From Octopus bimaculoides (Eukaryota): a DNA stretch of 51,716 nucleotides. Location: contig NC_068990.1 in assembly GCF_001194135.2 (NCBI RefSeq), forward strand, positions 20,789,633-20,841,348, given 5' to 3'. The stretch's first letter is position 1; every line of letters begins with the position of its first letter. Below, one piece after another: positions 22,345 through 34,788 of this stretch. A program made the translations under genes and the position numbers. Under the pieces are notes generated by a model, which worked only from the letters and a program-made list of their open reading frames with translations, was not told the origin of the DNA and did no database searches.

Positions 22345-22510
22345 TTGCTGTTTGGTCGAGCCTCACGTCGCGTTTCAGCATTCCGTTTTGGCCATCCGTC
22401 TCCCAAATCCTATCACAAATCATTGGTTAGCAGCGAGTATTGTTCCGTGGGACTGAACCCGAAGCTGCGTAATCGCAAAGCGACCTTCTTAACCACACAA
22501 CCATGCCTAA
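22345..22510 (-). mobile_element. SINE family B head and central region, degenerate
   Basis: CGTGGGACTGAACCCGAAGCTGCG...CTTCTTAACCACACAACC corresponds to the family B head. Confidence 0.65.
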
Positions 22511-24253
22511 GTGATTGTAAACATACATAACTTTTAAAATGGATATCCATGAATTACAACCGTGATTCATACCTGCAACTATTTTGATGCCTGATCTCTT
22601 TAACATATGAACTGATGAGAAAAGGAAATCTCATGAAAACTAGACATATACTTCATGTATACACTCTGTCCATAGGACAGATAGTGCAGCATTCGTCCTG
22701 AGATAGCAGGATAACTTGCTATGTTGAAAAGGTCAATAGGATCAAGATGGCCCCCAATGGTCGAAATGCAAATGGCTTTCTTTCTAGCCTCTACTGGAAC
22801 GAATTATCATCTCTTTTGATAATTATTATGTCTTTAACAAAGAACGACAATGCGAGACGTTACATTAGGACAAACACTGCCGTAATTGGCCTATCGAAGG
22901 CGTGTGTTCATTAAATATATTGGCCGTTTCTGGGATGAATTTATTGTGTTTTTATCACAACACTTCCGTAAGAAAAGTTATCTGGGGGAAGATATTGCGG
23001 TAACTGACCTATCAACGATGTTTATACATTAAGGATGATACGCAGATGGCTATTTCAATTAAATATTGCCTCAGTGTTTATAACTGATACCCAATGAAAA
23101 CTGCTTTTGAAAAGCACACACACAAAAAAAAAAAAAAGGTATTATGCCAATTATTGTAAAGGAGGGATTTTTAGCGGATCAAGATCTACACCGTAACATC
23201 GTTGTTGTAAAGTAATATCACGCTTTTTATTGATTTCGGCTAGATGAAAGTAGCAGTCCTCATCGGCAGCGCATGAACTCGAGACCGACCGATAGCAGTA
23301 AACCTATTTACTAGAACGCATTAAATCAGAGTGTGAGTTTATTACACACATGCTGGCCAATAGGTGTAAACATATAACACGCGACCACAGCTTTAGTAAT
23401 AGGCGTGTTATTTCTCTGGTTTCCCTCTCTATATCACAAACAGCCAAAGCTTAGCTGAATAAAAACCCGTAAAAACGTTTTATGCTAATAGAATTTCCTG
23501 CTTTTTTTTTCTCTATTTAGGTGTTATATATGTAAAAAAAAAAATGTTCCCTGTTTCTTTCTTACAATATTATTCTCCTATCTTTTTTTCCTCCCTTCCT
23601 GATCCCCTTTCTCTCAGTCCCTTTCTTTCACTTTTATTGTAAACTGCTGTTCATTCCCACTTCGAATCAAATTTATTAAAGAAGTGCTATAATGAGTTGA
23701 CATAGCACTATTATCGACGAAACAATCTTTGTTCTGACCTCTTCGTGTTAGATTTACCATATCTAATATTACAAAAGATTTGATCAGTTACCCCCCCCCC
23801 CTTCTCTCTCCTTTCTCCCCTCTCTCTCTTTCTTTCTCTTTCTTCCTTCCTCCATCTCTCTCTCTATTTTCCCTCCCCCTCTCTCTCTCGCTTCACTTTA
23901 CCGAACAACCACTCAATCATTTTACCGTCACATGAAACGGGAACAATAAAAACATTGATAATGGCCTGTATATTCGATACATGGCTGGGTGCAGATTTTA
24001 AAGGAAATGCTGAAGGCTGTAGACAATAGGATAGAAAATCCAACAAAGAACTTGTCTATATTAGCTATTACTGTTATTGGAAACCTGTTAGAGCGATTCA
24101 TTTCGTTTTCACGACAATAGACTCAAGCTTACGAACATTTATTGTGATCAGTAATTTCAGCCAAGGTGAGGAAGCAAGAGATACAAAAAACAGCAAAGAA
24201 AAAATATAAACATAAACATAGAGGAACATACAAATGTACACACACACACACAT

Positions 24254-24286
<33 letters not shown>

Positions 24287-24801
24287 NNNNNNNNNNNNNN
24301 NNNNNNNNNNNNNNNNNNNNNNNNNNNNNNNNNNNNNNNNNNNNNNNNNNNNNNNNNNNNNNNNNNNNNNNNNNNNNNNNNNNNNNNNNNNNNNNNNNNN
24401 NNNNNNNNNNNNNNNNNNNNNNNNNNNNNNNNNNNNNNNNNNNNNNNNNNNNNNNNNNNNNNNNNNNNNNNNNNNNNNNNNNNNNNNNNNNNNNNNNNNN
24501 NNNNNNNNNNNNNNNNNNNNNNNNNNNNNNNNNNNNNNNNNNNNNNNNNNNNNNNNNNNNNNNNNNNNNNNNNNNNNNNNNNNNNNNNNNNNNNNNNNNN
24601 NNNNNNNNNNNNNNNNNNNNNNNNNNNNNNNNNNNNNNNNNNNNNNNNNNNNNNNNNNNNNNNNNNNNNNNNNNNNNNNNNNNNNNNNNNNNNNNNNNNN
24701 NNNNNNNNNNNNNNNNNNNNNNNNNNNNNNNNNNNNNNNNNNNNNNNNNNNNNNNNNNNNNNNNNNNNNNNNNNNNNNNNNNNNNNNNNNNNNNNNNNNN
24801 N

Positions 24802-24855
<54 letters not shown>

Positions 24856-26394
24856 GTGTGTGCACAATTGTTTCAGTGTATACATACATATATTCATACA
24901 GATAGGCATATGTATATAATATATCTATGTTCGTATCTATATATCTGTGTATGTATAAAATAACCGTATTACAAAAGCTTGAAAATAACTTTAGCAGTTA
25001 CACAGAGCCAGAAGACATATTTACAAACAAATAGTGAACGTCTGATTGAATCTATGGAAAAACCATCTCGTCTCTCTGTATTTGCAAAATGCGTGTAAAT
25101 ATCAATGTTATTATCTCGTAAGTTTTGCTTTGATAACACAAAATCTATCTCTGTTACGCACACACGCACGCTCACACAGGTATTTACTCACGCTAACACT
25201 AATATATAAAAGGAAAGAAGTGAGACAGGGGGAGAGAAAGTGGGAGTGAGCGAGTTACTGAGTCAGTAATTCGTGTAGCCATGTTGAGCGGCTACTGAAA
25301 TTTATTGGCGCCATTTTGTCAATTATTCTATCGTTATTTCTCATTTTGTAGTAAAGTTTCTTACTACAATTGTATGTAGCGTATTAATGCATGTATGTGC
25401 ACATATATGTATACACACACACACACACACATTCACACAATAGNNNNNNNNNNNNNNNNNNNNNNNNNNNNNNNNNNNNNNNNNNNNNNNNNNNNNNNNN
25501 NNNNNNNNNNNNNNNNNNNNNNNNNNNNNNNNNNNNNNNNNNNNNNNNNNNNNNNNNNNNNNNNNNNNNNNNNNNNNNNNNNNNNNNNNNNNNNNNNNNN
25601 NNNNNNNNNNNNNNNNNNNNNNNNNNNNNNNNNNNNNNNNNNNNNNNNNNNNNNNNNNNNNNNNNNNNNNNNNNNNNNNNNNNNNNNNNNNNNNNNNNNN
25701 NNNNNNNNNNNNNNNNNNNNNNNNNNNNNNNNNNNNNNNNNNNNNNNNNNNNNNNNNNNNNNNNNNNNNNNNNNNNNNNNNNNNNNNNNNNNNNNNNNNN
25801 NNNNNNNNNNNNNNNNNNNNNNNNNNNNNNNNNNNNNNNNNNNNNNNNNNNNNNNNNNNNNNNNNNNNNNNNNNNNNNNNNNNNNNNNNNNNNNNNNNNN
25901 NNNNNNNNNNNNNNNNNNNNNNNNNNNNNNNNNNNNNNNNNNNNNNNNNNNNNNNNNNNNNNNNNNNNNNNNNNNNNNNNNNNNNNNNNNNNNNNNNNNN
26001 NNNNNNNNNNNNNNNNNNNNNNNNNNNNNNNNNNNNNNNNNNNNNNNNNNNNNNNNNNNNNNNNNNNNNNNNNNNNNNNNNNNNNNNNNNNNNNNNNNNN
26101 NNNNNNNNNNNNNNNNNNNNNNNNNNNNNNNNNNNNNNNNNNNNNNNNNNNNNNNNNNNNNNNNNNNNNNNNNNNNNNNNNNNNNNNNNNNNNNNNNNNN
26201 NNNNNNNNNNNNNNNNNNNNNNNNNNNNNNNNNNNNNNNNNNNNNNNNNNNNNNNNNNNNNNNNNNNNNNNNNNNNNNNNNNNNNNNNNNNNNNNNNNNN
26301 NNNNNNNNNNNNNNNNNNNNNNNNNNNNNNNNNNNNNNNNNNNNNNNNNNNNNNNNNNNNNNNNNNNNNNNNNNNNNNNNNNNNNNNNNNNNNN

Positions 26395-26441
<47 letters not shown>

Positions 26442-26723
26442 CTGTATGTGTATGTGTATTTGTATGTGTGCGTACGCGCGTGCTGTTTTGTGTGCGTGAT
26501 AGTAGCGAGTAGTGAGAATGAGTGTTCAACTCTGCATATGGTGGATGAATATAACCGTTTTCAAAAGATTAACAATGCTACCAATTTTTTCATGTGGAAT
26601 ATTCTGTATTCGTAAAGAGTGGAAGTTCAATAGGGGGATTTTCAACTCATTATCTTATGGTTCGTAATCCATTATCATAAATTTGAAGCTAATAAGTCTT
26701 TAAAGATTGTTTTACTAGGTTTG

Positions 26724-26947
26724 AAGGCGACGAGTTAGTAGAATCTTTAGCAGGCTAGACGAAAAACTTAGCGGTATTTATGTCTTTATGTTCTGAGTTC
26801 AAATTGCGCCGTGGCCGACTTTATCTTCCATCCTTTCGGGGTCGATAAATTAAGTTCCAGTGAAACACTGGGCTCGATGTAATCGGCTATCCCCCTCCCT
26901 TAAATTTCGGGCCTTGTGCCTACAATAGAAAAGATAATTATTATTAT
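26724..26947 (+). mobile_element. tRNA-derived SINE family A with (ATT)n tail
   Basis: Full-length family A consensus. Confidence 0.88.
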
Positions 26948-27117
26948 AAGGGCGGCGAGCTGGCAGAACCGTTAGCACGCCGGGCGAAATGATTAGCGGT
27001 ATTTCGTCTGTCTATATATTCTGAGTTCCAATTCCACCGAGTTTGACTTTGCCCTTCATCCTTTCGGGGTCGATAAATTAAGTACCAGTTGGGTACTAAG
27101 GTCGATCTAATCGACTG
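26948..27117 (+). mobile_element. tRNA-derived SINE family A, starting in the tail of the previous copy
   Basis: AAGGGCGGCGAGCTGGCAGAACCGTTAGCACGCCGGGCGAAATG... Confidence 0.9.
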
Positions 27118-27294
27118 ACACCCTTTATTCTACGTTCCGAACGTTTCAAATGGCTGAAGGAAGCGGCCAATGGGAATCCTAAAATAGACTGATTCGATGT
27201 TCCTGATCGGATTCTAGGATAGGTTGTAAGCTTTGGAATTATGATGGCAGGAGAAAAGAAACAATGATATCCACGCAGTATCGATGAACATATT

Positions 27295-27445
27295 GAATGA
27301 ACATTCTGCCAAACAACCCAAGAGATTTGCAAGAAATTCAGATTGTGTCTGAACAAATTTTATCGGAGATACCAGATGAACCCACATCGCTGCACGAGGC
27401 ACAAACAAGAACATCTTCCTCTAACTCGTTACTTCACCAGAAACA
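27295..27445 (+). mobile_element. Non-LTR retrotransposon extreme 3' end fragment
   Basis: ILPNNPRDLQ...ILSEIPDEPTSLHEAQTRTSSSNSLLHQ, homologous to 18825-19110. Confidence 0.6.
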
Positions 27446-27584
27446 GTAAGGAAAATAAACTCAAACTAAACTGAAAGACGGTGCTTCAGCATTGCTTCAG
27501 CTTATGACAGATGCCAATAAAAGGTAAAAGCTAAAAGAATCTTTCCTATACAGAAAGCCCTGCAAATACAATCGACATAATTTG

Positions 27585-27875
27585 GTATTAGAAGAAAAGT
27601 AACTTCTCCGAGTAGGTCACCACTGCGTGGCTACAAATGTTCCGTCTTCTCCCACTCGAATAAGAATAAATTGTTACAACGGCAAAGGATTTAATGGGTC
27701 AAGACACTTGAATGTTCTCCCACGAAATATAAAGGCTATGTATGTAAAGTAGATGTCAATACTTTCAAAAAAGGACGTAGATATCCTGCTGTGTCAAGTC
27801 CATCAAGAAACTACATCACAGCAGGAGTTCCCGATGAGGGCGGTAGCGTTGAAATCTGTCATTCATCAAGTTCTG
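27585..27875 (+). mobile_element. Non-LTR retrotransposon 3' end fragment, more diverged
   Basis: GHHCVATNVPSSPTRIRINCYNGKGFNGSRHLNVLP..VDVNTFK..VDILL..TTSQQE..RAVALKSVIHQ, collinear with the other two copies. Confidence 0.65.
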
Positions 27876-28069
27876 AGAGCACTACTGAAACAGACGTCAT
27901 TGAGGTAGCGTAGCAGAGGCAGAGATATATGCTGTGAACTGTATATAACGTAAGTTACAATCAAATACTATGAGAGGTTTAGTCTAGTAATTAAAATTTA
28001 TGAGATTATATTCATGATAAAATTCATAGCATTTTTCAAAATTTACGGAATATATAAGGGAAATAAGAT

Positions 28070-28215
28070 AGGTGTTGGTGTTTACATGCCCGTACTTTAA
28101 CGGTTCGGCCACCGGGACTAATAGAATAATTACCAGTTTTAAAATAAAACATAGAATTCCTGAGGTTATTCGACTATAAAGGGGTCATTCTAGTGGGGAT
28201 CATTCGACTAAAATT
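28070..28215 (+). mobile_element. SINE family B 3' part, degenerate
   Basis: GTGTTTACATGCCCGTACTTTAACGGTTCGGC...ATAGAATAATTACCAG resembles the family B tail. Confidence 0.55.
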
Positions 28216-28689
28216 TCACTGTCAAAGCAAAATATACCATTCTCATAATATCAGAAGCCAGAAAAATAACGTCACACCATCTGAGAAACTCTCAAACGGG
28301 GAACACCTACGGGCTTGTATACGAAATTCTACATGCATGAATACGTTCTAACCAATAGCATAACCATGAATTTAATCAGTTAAAATATTTCCAAAACACC
28401 TTTCCATAACAACCGACCATAAAATTCTAATTACCACCGAAACTCAAACCCACACACCCAATCATGATTTTAACTCAACAGAGACTATATAGAGGCAAGA
28501 CTAACGCTAATGACCGCAGTCCGACAATGCCTTAGCTGGCCGAAACTTTGAAGTCATTGTCAAAAAAAGATTTTCTATAAGAATAGTAAATTTTCCGTTT
28601 ATGAATTTCTTTTGCAAGATATTGTAATATTACGGTATATACTTTTATCGGTTTCAGCTCAAAGCTGTGGCCATGCTGGGGCGCATGGT

Positions 28690-28960
28690 CATTTTTTGTT
28701 TGTTTTTCTCAAATACACACATGTACTATATATTCATTCTTTCCTCGTTCATTACAGTTCCATTCAAGAATGGATTGAACGGAGGAGGAGGAAACACGTG
28801 GACGTAAAGTGTCGATGAAGAGGTCACAGACGTGTGACGAAGGATTTCCGGATAATGGACATAAGATAAAATTAGTAGAGTAATAAACGAACGATTGTAT
28901 CGTGCGTGTTTTTATTTGGCAAGAGATATAAAAAGAGGACCACCCCGAAATATAAGTATA
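28690..28960. mobile_element. Copy of the foldback repeat family seen at 33.8-34.1 kb
   Basis: AAAGTGTCGATGAAGAGGTCACAGACGTGTGACGAAGGATTTCCGGATAATGGACA matches the arms at 33890-33955 and 34022-34082. Confidence 0.65.
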
Positions 28961-29061
28961 ATAATAAATTTGCACTCTTCAAAAAGTAAAGAGTAAACCA
29001 TCAAATTATTATATAATTGTTTTTTTATTATAACACAGCATAATAACAAACTAACATATTC

Positions 29062-29108
<47 letters not shown>

Positions 29109-29974
29109 NNNNNNNNNNNNNNNNNNNNNNNNNNNNNNNNNNNNNNNNNNNNNNNNNNNNNNNNNNNNNNNNNNNNNNNNNNNNNNNNNNNNNNNNNNNN
29201 NNNNNNNNNNNNNNNNNNNNNNNNNNNNNNNNNNNNNNNNNNNNNNNNNNNNNNNNNNNNNNNNNNNNNNNNNNNNNNNNNNNNNNNNNNNNNNNNNNNN
29301 NNNNNNNNNNNNNNNNNNNNNNNNNNNNNNNNNNNNNNNNNNNNNNNNNNNNNNNNNNNNNNNNNNNNNNNNNNNNNNNNNNNNNNNNNNNNNNNNNNNN
29401 NNNNNNNNNNNNNNNNNNNNNNNNNNNNNNNNNNNNNNNNNNNNNNNNNNNNNNNNNNNNNNNNNNNNNNNNNNNNNNNNNNNNNNNNNNNNNNNNNNNN
29501 NNNNNNNNNNNNNNNNNNNNNNNNNATATATATATATATATATTACGCATACATACACACGTACGTACCCGAAAGACCGAATGTCGTCGTCGAATATGGT
29601 CTTAGTTTAAAGTTATTGTTTTCAGTTTTTCTAAATACTTTTTTCTAATTCAATTATTCTAAAGTGTGCGGTTTTCTTTTCTCTTTGATCTTTATCTTTC
29701 AATACCATAGTATGCACACGTACCTAGTACGTTTCCCTATTGTACACCTCTACTCCTTCATTCCCCTCCTCAACACAAATTTATTTCAGCTACGAACAAT
29801 TGTATTGATTTCGATGAAATGTTATAATCCAACCCTTATGCCTTTTGCGTCCATTGTTTGTTCATTGATTGTCCTACTCACACGAGTTAATTTTATGATT
29901 CTATTATATGAAATCTAGTCGTCACTGAACTGTCGTATTATAAGGACGTACATACATACGTACATAGGTTTCAT

Positions 29975-30597
29975 TCTTATTCTTATAAACCTTTCCATTT
30001 GTTTTGTTTTTGTATTTGTTTTTTTAATGCTTTTGCTTTTAATAAGATATCGAACAGCAGTTCTCTCGTATATTTATCACATTATAACACAATACAATAT
30101 ATATATATATATATATATANNNNNNNNNNNNNNNNNNNNNNNNNNNNNNTATAACCTTTTGTTTTTGCTTAGACTTATTTTGTTATTGTCTATGATTTGT
30201 AACGCTTTCTGCTTTTAATAACATATCGAACTGGTTTCTCATATATCCATCATGTTATAACACTAAACCCGCATGATGTATTAAACGCGGTTTGGGTGTC
30301 ATCTTACAAGCACTTGCCAATAACACACCGTCTTATAACGCTGTCCTTTTCTTCTTTACACCCAGGTCATTCCTTATTCTTATAACCTTTTGTTTTTGCT
30401 TAGACTTATTTTGTTATTGTCTATGATTTGTAACGCTTTCTGCTTTTAATAACATATCGAACTGGTTTCTCATATATCCATCATGTTATAACACTAAACC
30501 CGCATGATGTATTAAACGCGGTTTGGGTGTCATCTTACAAGCACTTGCCAATAACACACCGTCTTATAACGCTGTTCTTTTTCTTATTTAATCTCAG
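29975..30597. repeat. 231-bp tandem duplication with an older third copy
   Basis: 30150-30344 equals 30381-30575 by my reading; a diverged partial copy lies at about 29975-30095. Confidence 0.9.
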
Positions 30598-31405
30598 GTC
30601 AATCCTGATTCAGTACATCTATGATCAAAGATTTGGCACACATAGACACCCCGCCCCTCTACCAGGTATTGTGTATCTAAGAGTGCATTAAGCCAATGTA
30701 TTATTAGCTTTTGTTTACTCGCCATTATAATTTTGCAGACATAAGCACCCTGCCCCTGTCTAAAGCATTGTATAACTTGGATTGCATTACCTAACGTATC
30801 ACCTGCTTTGATTAATCGGCCGTTATGCTGTATCATTCTTTTATAAACTGTTATGGTTTCGTACGCGTAACCAATCTGTCTCTCTCCCACGTATTATGTA
30901 TCTAGGACTGCGTTGCTCAATGCTTCTCTAGTTTATTTTCACTAGAACTTACCTCATTATTTGAGAGATATTTAACTGTTATTTCTCGCATGTCGACTAA
31001 CAACATAATACTTACTTCCGGAGCTATAAGTGAGAATATTTTCATCGGTTATTGAATGATTTCATTTCACCAACAGAGTACTTCTTTAGGCAGATTCGTT
31101 ATAACACCATCGAACTAATTTGACATATTTAGTGAAGTACATTTGTTTTCTGAGTTAAAATTCAACTAAGGTCAGCTTTGAATTTCCTTACTTTTTGAAA
31201 GTGGCGTGGATAGAGAATGTTTCGGTCAAATACTTAGTCGATTTAACAGAATACATACCACGTTCTAGCGTTATAGCATTCTGCCAATGATAGGAAATAT
31301 AAATAAAGTATCTGTGATGGTCAGAAATTGTAAAATTACAAAAATTCTTTTCACTATTTCTCCTAATTTCTGGAATGAAGAAATATTTATATTTTGCACC
31401 ACCTT

Positions 31406-31573
31406 AAAGTGGCGAGCAGCAGGATCGGTAGAGCGTCGGACTAAATGTCACGCGGTATTTCTACCGGGTCTTTGCGCCTCGAGTTCAAATTTCACCAGAG
31501 TCCACTTTGTTTCTTATCCTTTCGGGGTTGATAGAATAATATCGAAGTCCCTATGCAAGTATATCGATTTATA
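31406..31573 (+). mobile_element. tRNA-derived SINE family A
   Basis: Family A consensus, diverged. Confidence 0.75.
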
Positions 31574-31680
31574 GTGACCAACCTGGAAAAATGTTTTTAA
31601 CTAGGAATCATCTGCCTTTGAGTGAAGTAGCAGTTATATTATAAACACATAATACAAATATGTAATTTTAGGGCAAGGGG

Positions 31681-31899
31681 AATGCGGTGAGCTGGCAGAA
31701 ACGTTAGCACGTCGATTAAAATGCTTAACGTTATTTCATCCATCTTTATGTTCTGAGCTCAAATCTAACCAAAGCCGACATTGCCTTTCATTCATTTCGA
31801 GATCGATAAAATAAGTTGCACTCGAGCACTGGGATCGATGTAAACGACTTGCCCTCTCCCTCGAAATTGCTGGCCTTCTATCAAATTTTGAAACCAATA
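31681..31899 (+). mobile_element. tRNA-derived SINE family A
   Basis: Family A consensus, ending in AAATTTTGAAACCAAT. Confidence 0.82.
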
Positions 31900-32733
31900 C
31901 AAGGCAAGGACATTCATCTTAGAAATTCAGCCAAAAGCGATTTCAAGCTTCTGTTTGCTTCCTTTATGTTTGAAACAATTATTGTTTTTCTTACTGCCGT
32001 GCAAAATAATGATAATGATTTGTACACAAATTATAATAATATTTTATTCTATGTCGTATAAATAGTAAGTTTCTGGAAGGAGAATACGGGTACATCTCTA
32101 AAATAACACACAACAATAAAACATACAAAATACTTGAATAGCTCACGTGACATAAATGGGAAAAAAATCCCACAGTCAACAAAAGAATAATTGGAAACAT
32201 ATGCAGAACAAATAAAAGCACTCCTGACAATGCATTGATATCACCCGAGTTAAAGAAAATACCAATTGTTATATTTTTCAATGAAGAATCGATACAGAAC
32301 AAATAAGCGTCCCAAACAAAAGTTGTAGTATGGCGTCTATAATAGTGGTTTTCTGTTTATGAGTTCAATAAGCAATTAAGACTTAAGGGTAAGAAATGAG
32401 AACATTGTTTCATATGCAGTGTATCGAGTGCAGGGCCGTACGTTCAATGCTGAAGACTAACTATCATTCTGTGGATTAGGCTCATGAGGATTTCAGTTTA
32501 ACAATGTAATCTTGGCGAAATATTGAATGTTTCAGGAGAAATGAACGAGATTACATTTTGTACATGTTCTTTAACATTTTTTTTTTTCAATATTTTTATT
32601 ATATTTCATTGTCTGTATTACTGTAAATCACTTTTACCGCCAGCCACCTGTCTATCAGTCAGTACGCCTCCCTGCCAGTCTGTCTCGGTCTCTCTCTCTC
32701 TCTCACCCTCTTTCTCTCTCTTTCAGTCTTATG

Positions 32734-32734
<1 letters not shown>

Positions 32735-32786
<52 letters not shown>
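32735..32786. repeat. (CA)n microsatellite
   Basis: Directly visible. Confidence 0.95.
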
Positions 32787-32790
<4 letters not shown>

Positions 32791-33435
32791 CCACACATAC
32801 GCACATGCATACATATCTAGATATATATAAATATATTCTTATATATATATACACGCGCACGCAAATATATGCACAACATATCCATGTAATACATAAGCTT
32901 CATATCCAGTTAGGTAGAAATGATTATCTCCCTTACATTAATTGGTTACCAGGAACACCATATGCATGCGTGTGCGCGTGCATATATATATATATATATA
33001 TATACACATGCATATACACACACACACACAGGTGCACACACATATACACACATACATATAGGCATACATAAACACACACATGTATACCGTAAGAAACATA
33101 TATTCGAAAAAGCATTGGATACATGTATTTTATATATATATATATATATATATATTATTTCTAGTATTTGGCTGCGATTGCACACATTAATGTGTGCTGC
33201 TGTGTTCATAACCTGCGTCGTTCGACACTGAATAGTGAGGTGCATTGTGGGACCAACCACTGGGCCCGATATCTTTGAATGAATGCTGCACTTCGCGCCG
33301 CCTTTATTCTATTAATCTGTCTATCCATCCAGAACCTATCCATCGATCGAGCCATCTATTCAAACACCCACTCATTCATCCACTAATCCATCCATCCATG
33401 CCGTTTGTCTGTCTGTCTATCTGTATGTCTGTCTA

Positions 33436-33494
<59 letters not shown>

Positions 33495-33829
33495 GTCTAT
33501 CCATCCATCCATCCATCTACACACAGACACACACACACACACGCACACATATTTCGGTGCAAATTTTTTTTTNNNNNNNNNNNNNNNNNNNNNNNNNNNN
33601 NNNNNNNNNNNNNNNNNNNNNNNNNNNNNNNNNNNNNNNNNNNNNNNNNNNNNNNNNNNNNNNNNNNNNNNNNNNNNNNNNNNNNTATATATATATATAT
33701 ATATTACGTTTATCAATTCGTTTTGCAAGATTCCTGATGTGAAACCGTGTATTGGAACAGATACTGTTGCATTTCGGGATGGTCATTTTATTTATTATTC
33801 TTTTTTCTTTTGCAAATAAACACACGCAC

Positions 33830-34145
33830 TATATATATATATACATATTCTTCACTCGTCTATTACTGTTGTTATTTTATTATTTTAACTCCTGTCCATT
33901 GTCCGGAAATCTTTCGTCCCACATCTGTGATATTTTCTGCGACACTTTTCGTTTCCGTGTGTGATCTTGACATATCTTAGAAGAACAGAATGTAGTAAGT
34001 GGGGCAAGAACACACACTCATACGAAAAGTGTTGCTGAAAAGGTCATATATGTATGACGAAAGATTTCCAGACAATGGACATGCGTTAAAGTAATAAAAT
34101 AAGAACAGCAATAAAAAAAATGAAGGAAAATTATATATATATATA
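33830..34145. mobile_element. Foldback (long inverted repeat) element, ~140-bp arms, ~35-bp spacer
   Basis: 33830-33969 and 34005-34145 are imperfect reverse complements. Confidence 0.75.
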
Positions 34146-34147
34146 TA

Positions 34148-34788
34148 TTTATATAAATAAGGATAAGATCGATATTTAAAATATTGATTTTATCAAGTGG
34201 CCAGCATGGGAATAAAAACCATCAAAGGTAACGATTATTTTAAATTATAATATAGGGTATCTAAGATATACCGCCACGCTGAAAATAGCAGTCAAATCTT
34301 GACTCTAAACCACAATAAATGTTCATATAGCACAAAGAGCGAAGACGAAGATAAAATAAACTAGTAAAAATACTGGATAATTCCAGATCCCGGATTTCTG
34401 GCTTTGCATAATAAATGATTTGCTTTCATCAGTGGAATATACTCAGAAAAGCACATAAATGCAAATATATATATATAAACATACAATATACTTACATATA
34501 CGAACGTATACATACATATATATGCACGTATGCACACGACCAGTTTAAATTGCCCGCCTAAAAACTCCTCGTGCGATATAGTCAGAATATCACCGCAGTA
34601 AATATAATGACAAAATAAATTTATATAAATAAGGATAAGACCGACATTTAAAATATTGATTTTATCAGGTGGCCAGCATGGGAATAAAAACCATCAAAGG
34701 TAACAATTATTTTAAATTATAATATAGGGTATCTAAGAGATACCGCCACGCTGAAAATAGCAGTCTTTGTGCTATATGAACATTTATT
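34148..34788. repeat. 146-bp direct duplication (offset 472 bp)
   Basis: 34148-34293 versus 34620-34765, 5 mismatches. Confidence 0.9.

Noticed and set aside
22612-22650. CTGATGAGA...TCTCATGAAAA hammerhead-like word
   Set aside because: GAAA is displaced by 4 nt from helix II, and there is no helix I or III.
30150-30597. Possible CRISPR-like repeat structure
   Set aside because: Long 231-bp tandem units without short repeat-spacer alternation, no cas genes, eukaryotic context.
30594-30890. 98-aa minus-strand ORF
   Set aside because: No recognisable homology or splice context; the plus-strand exon hypothesis fits better and is itself weak.
31991-32302. Hydrophobic 103-aa minus-strand ORF resembling a membrane protein
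   Set aside because: The T-rich strand biases towards F/L/I/V; no recognisable family motif and only a TTG start.
33180-33197. 18-bp perfect palindrome GCACACATTAATGTGTGC
   Set aside because: Built from CA/TG low-complexity arms that are abundant here; no supporting context.
34385-34436. Minus-strand CTGATGAAAGC...AGAAATCC hammerhead-like relic
   Set aside because: No consistent helix II or III; at most a decayed relic.
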